Shown here piece by piece: positions 26,001 through 35,367 of a stretch of 64,000 nucleotides of DNA. Below the pieces are notes generated by a model, which saw only the letters and a program-made list of their open reading frames with translations, searched no databases and was not told the origin of the DNA. Origin of the DNA: Diplonema japonicum (Eukaryota > Protista > Euglenozoa: Diplonemea). The position numbers and the translations under genes were made by a program. Each line of letters begins with the position of its first letter. Within the stretch, counting starts at the first letter, position 1. The stretch spans positions 434,001 to 498,000 of the forward strand of contig OZ025648.1 in assembly GCA_964019335.1 (NCBI GenBank), read 5' to 3'.

Positions 26001-27105
26001 CGCAACCCTTCGTCGCTGCAGAAGTCCCATTGCACGTGTCGGGAGTGGTACGTTCTTGACAAGGGGGTTTGATGTCCTTCGGGTTCATCCTTTCAATGGG
26101 ACCACCGAATCTAACAGAGCTCCTCAAGCTCCCTGTGTAATACCTCTCCGGGCTGGTGGCAGGGATATCGACACGGTCGAAGTTCTTGTCAAAGAACTGC
26201 GACATCCATGAATACTGAGGCTGGCTGCGCAGCCTGGCTAGAACCCTGACATAGGCATCGATTTCCTTCTGGTTAGGCTCCTTACCGCCGTTTTCATAAA
26301 CCTGCGCCTTTTCAGCGTAAGTGGTAGTGGGGTCGTAAAGGTCTGTGTAATAGACAAGAACACCTTCATTAACACACAGGTCGTACTGTGTGTCAACGTT
26401 GCAGAGAATGTTGCGGCTTGGTGTCGTGGAATTATCGGTGAGGGCGATGGCGAAGTTCCAGATAAGCCATGTGAAGGAGTTTGTCTGGGGGGAGCAAATG
26501 ATCATGCTGCCGTCCTGTATGAGGGATTTATTCGTCACGTCCCAGGAAGAACGGTACCAGTGGCAGTCACTGCCAGGGCATGCAGAACCCGCTTTGAGCC
26601 ATGTGGTGGGGCAGTTGTGCACGAACTCCTCGTGATTCATCATGAGGTTCTCCTCGCTGCGAATAAACTTTAGCTTTTCAAGCTCTAAGACATTCGGACC
26701 ACCTTCATAAATGAAGGAGAAAGCGTTCATCGCCACAGAACGAAGAAGCTGGCGGGGAGCATCAGGATTGTCAAGGCCGTTGGGCTGCGCCGAGATCTGC
26801 TCATCCATTCGTTCAAAAGCGTTCGCCCTATCCGTGCGTGTGTCATCGCGATCCTGCAGCTCACCGTCGGACAGTTTAAACCCCACAATACCAAACCCTA
26901 TGAAGGTTAGAACGACGAACATGACACCGCAAAACCCAAGCAGCTTACCGGGATGGTCCACAATTAAATTCGTCACCTTCAACTCCAAATCTTTAATCTC
27001 CTTATCTGACATCCCGCTTGACACATGACGGTGGCGGGTCTTTGGGCTCCGAAGAACAGGCGGCGTCACCGGACGCTCGCCTTGCGCCCCGGCCTCTTGC
27101 ATCAT
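23098..27105 (-). CDS. Dispatched-like Patched/RND sterol-sensing-domain membrane protein, copy B (1335 aa)
   Basis: Tandem paralogue of 17000-20914 with the same motifs. Confidence 0.9.
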   Translation of the reverse strand: MMQEAGAQGERPVTPPVLRSPKTRHRHVSSGMSDKEIKDLELKVTNLIVDHPGKLLGFCGVMFVVLTFIGFGIVGFKLSDGELQDRDDTRTDRANAFERMDEQISAQPNGLDNPDAPRQLLRSVAMNAFSFIYEGGPNVLELEKLKFIRSEENLMMNHEEFVHNCPTTWLKAGSACPGSDCHWYRSSWDVTNKSLIQDGSMIICSPQTNSFTWLIWNFAIALTDNSTTPSRNILCNVDTQYDLCVNEGVLVYYTDLYDPTTTYAEKAQVYENGGKEPNQKEIDAYVRVLARLRSQPQYSWMSQFFDKNFDRVDIPATSPERYYTGSLRSSVRFGGPIERMNPKDIKPPCQERTTPDTCNGTSAATKGCVWTPYAGYNKELLACAPDQYHEVSDTPGATINQDQAEDFGDRFADIFDDHYDDVSGPVDVLYVADGILFKKFLDIIMRDALLAIVSFMFVYLYLQIHTGSFFLATLGMIQVIMPFPMGYFVYRVLFQVKAFYGLSGLTLYIVLAIGADDIFVFMDNWVQANVKPRADNCTYLKGRMAHAWKIAGTAMGITSMTTMAAFIATMTSPLLEIGLFGLFAAILVFFDYLLVMTFFACAVVIYHRNYENTLGCCCCGNQMMGKWCNCCTCFAPGTIEDEETPHTPDGYDVDAEPIGCCRTQLTEPRTYETLENARRVLGDLLDHSPDMKTFELAKPETKDDPTDIPKSPQKSPRPKPNLSPAEIDEILANDVEFKRRRIVGLVLLVVAVVVYFIGFIMLQADHDTSSTTYLRWASIIVVGLLVFCGSMNAFRAAKERKVQLGLSESADNFMTTLVAPFLSGTSGIGAKPGVRFVPAIILVAILGFMISRAVQLHPTTKNEQWLPDWHPIQRYMDASHNDFLTNDQEFAWKVQVIIGLNHDPIDRSGTDKYDSDDIGQPVYSDHATKQQDLTSKEFQRFFIEFCDQTFTKSKDPAWYLQRQLLGINDQNCFMRGFKEWVEDKGDAFPVEPNQLVATMWNFTSEQHLKQSRNHVYKPHEVFYDKVLYEFGTDKTQPTGIKAIFMEYNTTLKQWGNAYGDIVDWHDDWDSWLGDINAGTPSWVKNIYPDAYPLKDRWVHASDVWVWMHTQYLLVKGAINGTLVSLGLATGIVTLACFNVLIGFLVLLELLGVVGYVLGMVELLGWELGMIESVAITILVGLSVDYVVHFAVHYNHVSVDTLESFSDKNSVNGDNGPTERQKRVYEVVSDMGPTVLGGAATSIGAALILFCTWVQFFYKFGVFFLLTIVFSYVFSMLFFLPIMSLIGPENEFLSFRPFLAKFIKCLRTDREAQDVRDVEMTKKETEAEQPQKDTMN

Positions 27106-27215
27106 CTTTTTGTTTTTTTCTTTCCCTTTTTTTTTCTCTCCTCAATAAAACATGATATAGAAAAAATAAACACACACTATATTTTTTTTTCTTTTTTTTT
27201 TTTTTCCTCCCCTTA

Positions 27216-28352
27216 TTATTTAGTAGCACGCTTCAGCGCGTACTGTAGGAAGTGGTAGTTGTGCTCGGGGTTGAGGATGACCTGGCGTCTTGATTTGAAA
27301 AGCCATTCGGCGTAGTATTGGATGGCATTGTTCTCCATGTCAGATCGCTCGCAGGCCTCAAACACTTTTTCTATGTAGAAATCGTTGAAGTTTCGAAGGA
27401 TGAGCATGGCGGAGGCGATCTCAGGTTCATCGATGCAACCCATGAGGAACTCAGCGAGCTGCTGGTGGGGAACCGAGGCCACATCACGTTCGAGGAAGAG
27501 GAACTTGTTCCAAAGCTCAATGCCCCGCAGTGCTTCTAGTTCTCGGCCATAACACGCCAGAGCTATTGCATAAGTTTGTGTTTTGATGAACTTTCCCACA
27601 CCGGGGTTGAACAGCGCATCTTCCATAAACTCGATCGATTTAGAATAATTTTTCGATCTATACCCACACAACACAGCTTTTTCCAGTAGGGTTGTGTCTA
27701 GGCTCAGGCCAAGCCCGCCTTTTTCGGTGCTATCGTTGATTTCCCCGTAGACAAGTTGGCATCCATCTATGTCGCGGTGCTCTGCAAGGGTGTCTAGTAC
27801 GTAGAAACCTGCTCGGTGGAGGCAGTCCTTGTTGAATAATCCCGCTTCGAAGCCCTTTTTGACGCCTTCCCAGCGTTCCAGTGCTATCGATGGTCCTGAC
27901 TCGTGGTTTCGGTGCCTCGTGATATCTTTCAAAATGGGTCGCAGGGCAACCATTTCCGGCGTGAGGGTGAAATTTCCGTCGTACGTCGCGTGGTGTTCCC
28001 CAGGGAAGGACGTTCTGGGTTGTTTTGGCCGCCATATGTCGGCTACCTGTGAGGGGTTGGAGGAAAAAAAAAAAAAAAAAAAAATCACAGACATGGTGCC
28101 AATATGGGACGTTTGTCGGGCCGTCATAGGTGAAGGGCCGTTGACTTGCGGGGGCCGCACCTGTCCCGAATTGTGCGCCTGCGTTACCCCTCCTGGTTGT
28201 TATTAGGTTGGATTGATTTTTTTTTTCTTCTTTTTTTTGTCTACACACCCTGCCTTCCTGAACCCTGGTACATCCTCATTCGGGTCTGATGAATAGTGCA
28301 AAGGCTGGATGAGCACAGTGCAGAGGTTTTGTGATGTTTTTCTTAGTGCCAT
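27216..28352 (-). CDS. 344-aa helical-repeat (PPR/TPR-like) protein, possibly mitochondrial; exons 28352-28249, 28192-28093, 28046-27216
   Basis: Introns 28193-28248 and 28047-28092 join three frames in phase. Start MALRKTSQNLC is presequence-like. Units such as QTYAIALACYGRELEALRGIELWNKF are PPR-like. Confidence 0.65.
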
Positions 28353-29409
28353 TTTTTTTTTTTTTTTTTTTTTCTTCTTGTACTTTCTTCTCTCTTCCTC
28401 CTCCCTCCCCGCCTCTGGAAAAAAAAAGGTGTTGTTCGAAGGTCGAGGGAAATTAACTTTCGAATAAAATATATATAAAAAAAAAAAGAAGAAAAATACG
28501 GTCCGGGAGTTCGGAGGACAAAAGTAAAGAAAATAAAATAAAAAAAAAAGGGGGAAAGAAAAGAATTTTTTTTTTCGAGAGAGAGAGAGGGAGAGAGGAG
28601 GGAAGCAAAAAGATAAAATAAAAAATAACGAGAGAAGAATAAGAATATCAGAACTAGCAAATTTCTTTTTTTTTTTTTTTAAAAGGAGCTCCACGAAAAA
28701 ACTGAAAAAGTTATTTTTTTTTTTTTCCCCAGAATTTTGTGGAGCCAACGGAGGCTTTTTTTTTTTGTGATGCAGGGGGCAAAAAAAAAAAAAAAAAAGA
28801 AAAGAAAAGGGGGATAACGAGAACGACAAGTACGTAGGCAACGGAGAGAACAAAAAAAAAAAGAAGGGGTAAAAAAGAGAACAAAAAAAAGGAAACAAAT
28901 ATTTAAAACGGAGGGGAAACTTAAGAAAGGAGAGAAATAAGTAGCACAACATGGCACACCTGTCTCTTCATCCATTTTTTTCACCACTCCTTTAGTATTC
29001 TTGTTTCCCCTTTTGTCTCATATACCCCCCCCTTTTTTTCTCAAACTGAAAACCGCAGAACACGCACCTCTCTGTCCCCCCACCCCTTTCTTTTTTTTCC
29101 CTTTAGAATACCCCCTTAATTTTAACTTTTTTTTTCTTTTTTTTTTCTCTACACACTTATTCTGCTTTCAGTAATAATAAAAAAAAAAATGGGTGGGGTG
29201 GAGGGGGAGAATGAGAAGAAGATAAAGAAAAAAAAATATAACGAAGATTTGTTTGTAGCCTCAAGCAGTTAACGCCTGGAAAAGAAAAAGAAAAGGGGGG
29301 AGGGGGGAAAAAAATCACGCGGGAGAACTTTTTTTTTTTTTTCCGATGTGGGAGAGTGTGGCAAAAAAAAAAAAAAGAAAAAAAGAAAAAAAAAACAATC
29401 TCCATCCTC

Positions 29410-30928
29410 TTACTGCGAGTCCTTCTTCTCCTTAAGCGCCTGGAGTTCCTCCTTAGCGGCCTCAAGAGCCTTCTCCGCGTCAGTGACTTTCTTCTCAGCA
29501 TCGGCAATGTCAGTCTCGGTGATAAGCTTGGCAGACGACATCTTAAGGGTAGCAGTGGAAGCCTCAGCCTCAACAGTCCCTTCCCAGTAAGGCCTCATGT
29601 TGGTAAGTTTAGGCTCGGCGTTCTCCCCCTTGAAGTAGTCGGCAGCGGTCATGGAAGGGGTGGAAGAGAAGGTAGGGGGGTACACGTCTTCCTGGAACTC
29701 AGTAGCGGCAGTCTTCCTGGGGAGCTTGAAGCTGATAGGGATGCATGCGGTGGTCTCAAGTTTCATCACCCTAGACACCTCACAGGACTTAATGTCAAGA
29801 GCAGTCTTGGGCACCAAGCACAGACCCTTCGCCGGAGTGGACGAAGAGAAGCAGTCCAGTTCCGTGATGGGAGTAGACTCGTTCCAAAGCTCGTAGTACC
29901 TAATGTTGCCGTCACCCTTGCCACCCACGTACAGCATGTTGGTGTCCTCATCCACGAAGGGCATCAGCACACCGCTCTGGGAGTCGATGTCCTCCACGTG
30001 AAGGGGTGTTGCCATGTTGTTCACATCCCACACCATCATCTGCCTCTCGTGCTTCTTGCTGAATCCGGTCGTCACGATCTGGTTCCTCCTCTTCGCCCAC
30101 ACGGACCTCTGGGTCTTGGTGCCCTCGTGCCCCGGTACCTCCTGCACCACGTTGCCCGTCCTGGGGTCAATGATCCTCACCTTTTTGTCCTTCGACGTGG
30201 TGTTGATCAAGCTACCGTCGAGGTTCCAGTTCACAGAGCTGATCTGGTCAGTGTGGCATGTAATCGTACCCCTCTCTCCGTTCTCAATATCCCTGTTTTT
30301 TTTTTTTTTTTTTCTTTTCTGAAATGTTCTTTTTTGAATAGTATATACCAAAGCTTAACGGTGTGGTCCATGGCGGCAGTTGCAAGCACATGCTCGGCAC
30401 TGGGATGCCAGGAGAGAATGCCCACCTTCTTCCCGTGTCCCTGGTGCGTCACCATGGGATCGGTCATGTCCTCTGTAAGACCGCCCTCAGGGAGGTTCCA
30501 AACCTTAATGGTGCAGTCCTCACTCCCCGTAACGAGGAGGTTCTGGTGGTAGGGATGGAACTTCCAGTCGATGATCTGACCCTTGTGGCCTAGGGAAAAT
30601 TGACAATTAGAAAAAAAAAAAAAAAAAAGGAAAAGAAAAAAAAAAGAACATACCGCAGATGTTGGGCGGGTTAGGGGCGCTCTTCTCCGGTTTATCCAGC
30701 GGCTTCACGACAAGCTTGCCAGCACCAGCACCAGCCCAGCAGAAGGCCATGAACTTGGTGTTGCAAGCAATTAGGTCAGAGCAGTCCCAGATCAAGTTGT
30801 TCACCTAAAGGAAGTTTAAAAAAAAAGGGGGGGAGGACACATGCCTTCAAGTCTCGGAATGTCTTCTCGCTTTTTTGAGGGGTGGCATTGGTGTGCCTGT
30901 ACTTCGATACCTTTGCCAGCCTCGACAT
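29410..30928 (-). CDS. Coronin (WD40 actin-binding protein), 452 aa; exons 30928-30845, 30804-30654, 30589-30349, 30292-29410
   Basis: VSKYRH N-terminus, TGSEDCTIKVW, GGKGDGNIRYYE, LPRK...FQEDVYP and a C-terminal coiled coil. Three introns restore the frame. Confidence 0.95.
30805..30844 (-). other. GC-AG intron, 40 nt
   Basis: AAG|GCATGT...CCTTTAG|GTG joins KTFRDLK to VNNLIWDC in phase 0. Confidence 0.8.
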
Positions 30929-31413
30929 TTTTAGTTGTTACTTTTCTTTAGTGTCTGTTGGGAAGGGGTGGGTGATTCATTGATTGGTCTCGAAAGCGAA
31001 AAAAAAAAGCTCAAAAAAGAGGGAAAATTATAAGGAATAAAATAAAAAAAAAAGGGAGGGGTCGGGAGAACGACGGGCATAGGCCCTGAAAAAAGAAGGG
31101 AAAAAATGGTGGTTTTGTAGGGTGTTTCGTTTTTACCTTTTTTTTTTTTAGAGGGGAAGGGGGAGAAAAGATAACTAAAAATTAAAAAACCGCAAAGCCC
31201 CCCCCCCCCCACCCCATTTAACAATTTCTTTCTTTTTTTTTCTTTTGAAACCAAAAACTAAAAGTGTTAAAAAAACCAAAGATGGGGGGGGGGGGGGGGG
31301 AGAAACTACCTCCAGTGAAACCAATAATTTACTCTTGAATAAAAAAGAAAAACCATAAAAAAAAAAGGAAAGGGTGTGATGGAAAAAAAAAAAAAAAAAA
31401 AAAAAAAAAACGT

Positions 31414-31625
31414 TTATCCAATAATACCCGCAGCAACCAGCTTATCAATGTTGCCCATGACCTTGGGGGAATTGCGGTAGTTATCGATGTTTCGTGGGTT
31501 CTCACTAAGTTCTCTGAGAACCTGCTGCATATAGGTATCCGAGAGAATAGCCTGAATTTCGGGGTCAGCCATCGCACGCTGCTGACGCTCAGCATCGGGG
31601 GCCTCTCTGCCACCGGTGGATTGCT

Positions 31626-31662
<37 letters not shown>

Positions 31663-33153
31663 CTTTTCCCTTCAAACCTGAACTTTCATAATAGTCCTCT
31701 GCTTACCGTTCTTGCACTCCTCGTTCTCCGGGTCAAGGTTAAGCCCCTTGTTATACTCCACCATCGCCTTGTGGTACTCCTTCCTGAAAAAGTAAATGTG
31801 ACCCAGCCTCACAACCGCCTTCACAAAGGTCGGCTCAATCTCAAGACACTTCTTGCAATCCTTCTCCGCATCATCATAAGCCCCCATCTTCATGTAGGCG
31901 GCACCTCTGTTGCTGTAGACAGCGTGTGCCTTAGGGTTACGCTTCACAGCTTCCGAGTACAGGTCGATGGCTTCCTTGTACTGCTGGGCTTTGAATTTTT
32001 CGTTACCTTCGAGTCGTGCGGCTTCGCATTTCTCCTCAGAGAAGTAGGCGGCATCAGCAGCCTTCTTAGCTTCGGCTTCGCACTTGTTTCTCTGGGTTGA
32101 TATTTTCATGTAAAAAAAAAAAATTTTTTTTTTTTGTGATACCTTGGTCAAAGTGTCCGCTGACCTGTGTTCCAGAAGAGAAGCGTTGAACCACTTGATG
32201 GCGTTGGTGTAGTCTCCTTGCTTCTGGTAGCATGTGCCCTTCCTTGTCAACGCCTTGGCCATGTCCTTGAAGTCTGCCATGACCTCTCTCCCCTTCTCCA
32301 CCGCCTTGTCGCATTGTTCCTGGCACTTCTCGTACTCCTTCTGCTCCAGGTACACCGCCGCAATGTTGTTCATGTACACGATGTTGTCCTTCTCTGTGTC
32401 GAGGGCCTTCTCGTAGAAGGTGATAGCCTCGGCGAAGCGTTTGGCCTTGTAGTGCGTGTTGCCTTCGGCTTTGAACTCCTCGGCTTTTTTGTGGACTGTT
32501 TGTTTTTCAAGCTCTTCGGGGGTGAGCTCTTTTACAGGCTCGGGTGCTTTTTTCGCGGCGGGTGTGGGCTTGGGTGCTTCAACATCGTCCTCCGACCCAG
32601 CAGGACGTGTGACGGCCTTGAGCAAGGTTGTCATACGCTCGTCTGAAAGATATTGGTTAATGAGGGAGTGATCATTGATGACAGAGGACAGGATTTTAAT
32701 GAATTCACTGTCATTTCGAAGGGCGACAAGCTCCGGGGCGGGGCTTTGCATGAGCGCGATAAGAAGCTGAGACGTGAAAACCTGTCCAAGGGGGTGGGGG
32801 TCCTTTGCTGCCATTGCCATCTTTAGCCCGTTTGCCAGTGCAACGTTCTCCTTGTCATAGGTGAGACCCTTCTGATAGGCCTCCACGGCTTCACCGTACT
32901 TCTTCATTCCATGAAGGGACGCACCCAGCCTTGCGTAACCCTTTGCCCAGTCGGGCTTTATTTCCACACACTTTCTGGCGTCCTCGAAAGCCTCCTGCCA
33001 GTCGAACAGGCTGGCGTGGCACGCGCTTCTGTTACTGTAGAGCACGTGGTTGCCCTTGTCCACTTCGATGCCGCTTGTGAAGTACATGATGGCGTCTTTG
33101 AAGTTCTTCGCCTGGAAGGCGGCGTTGCCCTTTGCTTTGTGTTCGTCAGACAT
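31414..33153 (-). CDS. STI1: Stress-inducible protein STI1/Hop (Hsp70-Hsp90 organiser), 544 aa; exons 33153-32143, 32091-31678, 31623-31414
   Basis: TPR1-DP1-TPR2A-TPR2B-DP2 layout. The last exon gives AMADPEIQAILSD...KLVAAGII. True start is MSDEHKAKGN. Confidence 0.95.
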
Positions 33154-34326
33154 TTTCTTTTTTTTTTTTAAATTCCTTCTCCTTGTTTGTGTTGTAAAGG
33201 AAAAGGAGGGGGGGCGCAAAATAAAAAAAAACTTTTTTTTTGTACGTGTCCAGAAACGACGAACTAAAAAGAGAGGGAAAACAAAAAACAAAAAAAAAAG
33301 AAGAAAAAAACCGTAGAATAGGAAGAAGAAAAAAAAAACTGCAAACAGGCACAGTGAGAAAACAATCCTGTGCAAAAAAAATTCTTTGTAGAAAGGACAG
33401 GGAGGAACAGACTAAAATAGATTGAAGTGAGGGGGGAAAAAAAAAGAAAATCGGGTTTAGACTGAGAAAAAGTTTGGGAATCCTTTTACCAGAACGAATG
33501 GGATGTGTAACCATTTCTATTATTGGAATTCTTTTATTTGACCCGAAGGAAGGGGGGGGAGGAAAGGGGTCAAACTACAAACTTATATGAACAACTGCTG
33601 TAGTGAATGACATGCCTCCCCTCCCCCCTCTCAACCCCTTTTTATTTTCTGTACGCATTTGACAAAGACATTTTTTTTTCTTTCCTTCCTTGAATAAGAA
33701 AGATTTAGAGTCTTGTGCTCACGGAAGGGCACCCACTTAAACATCTTTTATAAGACAAAAAGGGAAAAAAGAGGGAGTGGTAAAAAAAAAAAAGAAAAAG
33801 AAAGTTTATCTTTCTTTTCTTTTTTCTTTTCTTTTTCTCTTTTTGCCACTGAGGACTACCGCTATTTGCACAACGGTGGTCTTAACAATCTAAAATTTAT
33901 ATTTTATTTCGCAAAGGATGGGGTGGGGGGGAGGTAGGGGGGGGGGGGGGGGGGGGGGTGTTGCTTACCCCTTCCTTGTCAATTATCACTTCGTTGCAGT
34001 CAATGAAACCAAGAATAACGAGAAGAAGAAAGAAAAAAAAAGAAAAAAATCAAAAGACAATACTCCGGTTCACCATTTTAAGGAGAAAATGAAAAAAAAA
34101 AAAAAAAAAAAATGGGAGTTTACCAAACTCCCGTATGTCATATCAAATACTCAGCACGCAATCTTGAAATTTTAACATTTCAAAGAACAGGTAAAGGGAT
34201 AAGGGAGGGAGAGAGAGAGAGAGAGATGGGCACCCAAAGACGCAAAGGAAGAGAAAGTTAAAAAAGAAAGAAAAACTTGCTTAAATCTTGTTCGAGTCAA
34301 CATTTTTTTTTTTTGTTTGTTTGCCA

Positions 34327-34443
34327 TTGCACTCCGGAGGTTTCACCTGCAGCAGTACATAGAGGGGGCAAGGACGTTCCCCTGAGGAGCAGCTACTTAC
34401 GTCCCGACAGTACCACAGGAATCTACCTCCTCGAGTTGATGCA
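34327..34443. other. GC-rich imperfect long hairpin in an AT-rich spacer (candidate ncRNA or foldback remnant)
   Basis: Nested pairs tgca/tgca, ctc/gag, ggaggt/acctcc, cctg/cagg, gtac/gtac, ggacg/cgtcc. Confidence 0.45.
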
Positions 34444-34740
34444 CTAGAGAGAGGAGAGGGGGGGGGAAAAAAAGAAGAAAAAAAATAGCGGTTGACAAAG
34501 GTACCTATTTACTACAGAAAAGTGAGAATTGTTTTTTTTTTTTTTTTTCTTCTTCCTTGAGCGCGGGTATAAAAGCCAAATAAAAAATAAATGGGAAAGG
34601 CAAAGGCCAAGGCGGCACCGCCAAGGGAGGTAGTAGAGAACATGGGAGGAGGGAAGAAAATCAGACTTTTTGAGCCAAAAAGGTATTACAATAAAAAAGG
34701 AAACGTAAAAAGGAATGACGCACCACACCAGATTCATTTT

Positions 34741-34784
<44 letters not shown>

Positions 34785-35060
34785 GCTGGAACAAGTAAAC
34801 AAATTTTTGAAAAGGATTGTTATTGCAAAAAAGAGTAGAGGCAGCTTGCCCGTTTACCCCTACTGTAGGTGAAAACGGCTTGCACAAACAATCAGCCGAC
34901 TCTTTCTTGTTGTTGTTGCTACTTTTCGCCCTTCCGTTTTCTGAAAGGAGAAAGTCGTTTCTAAAGACCACCCATCACAGAAGAAAGAGAGAGTAGAAAT
35001 AAAGAAGTGGAAAATATTATTTGCGAATAACTTAACACAAGCACGACCCGAGGCCCGCAG

Positions 35061-35095
<35 letters not shown>

Positions 35096-35367
35096 AATGC
35101 AACAACTGCACACAAAAGGGAACAAGAAGCAGTGGCGAGGTGGGAAAAAAAAAAAGAAAAAGAAAAAGAAAAAAAAAAGGAAGAACAACCGAACGCCCTT
35201 TCTTTTGCCCTGAAGCATTGACTCAGTCATGGGTAAAGAAAGAGTATGAATGACAAAAATATCTCAATGTTTTTTTGTCACATATTAAATTTTTAGTGGT
35301 CCAGCACATTATCACCAGAAGGTGAGAAACAACAACAAAAAAAAAAAAAAAAAAAAAAAATCTTCAA

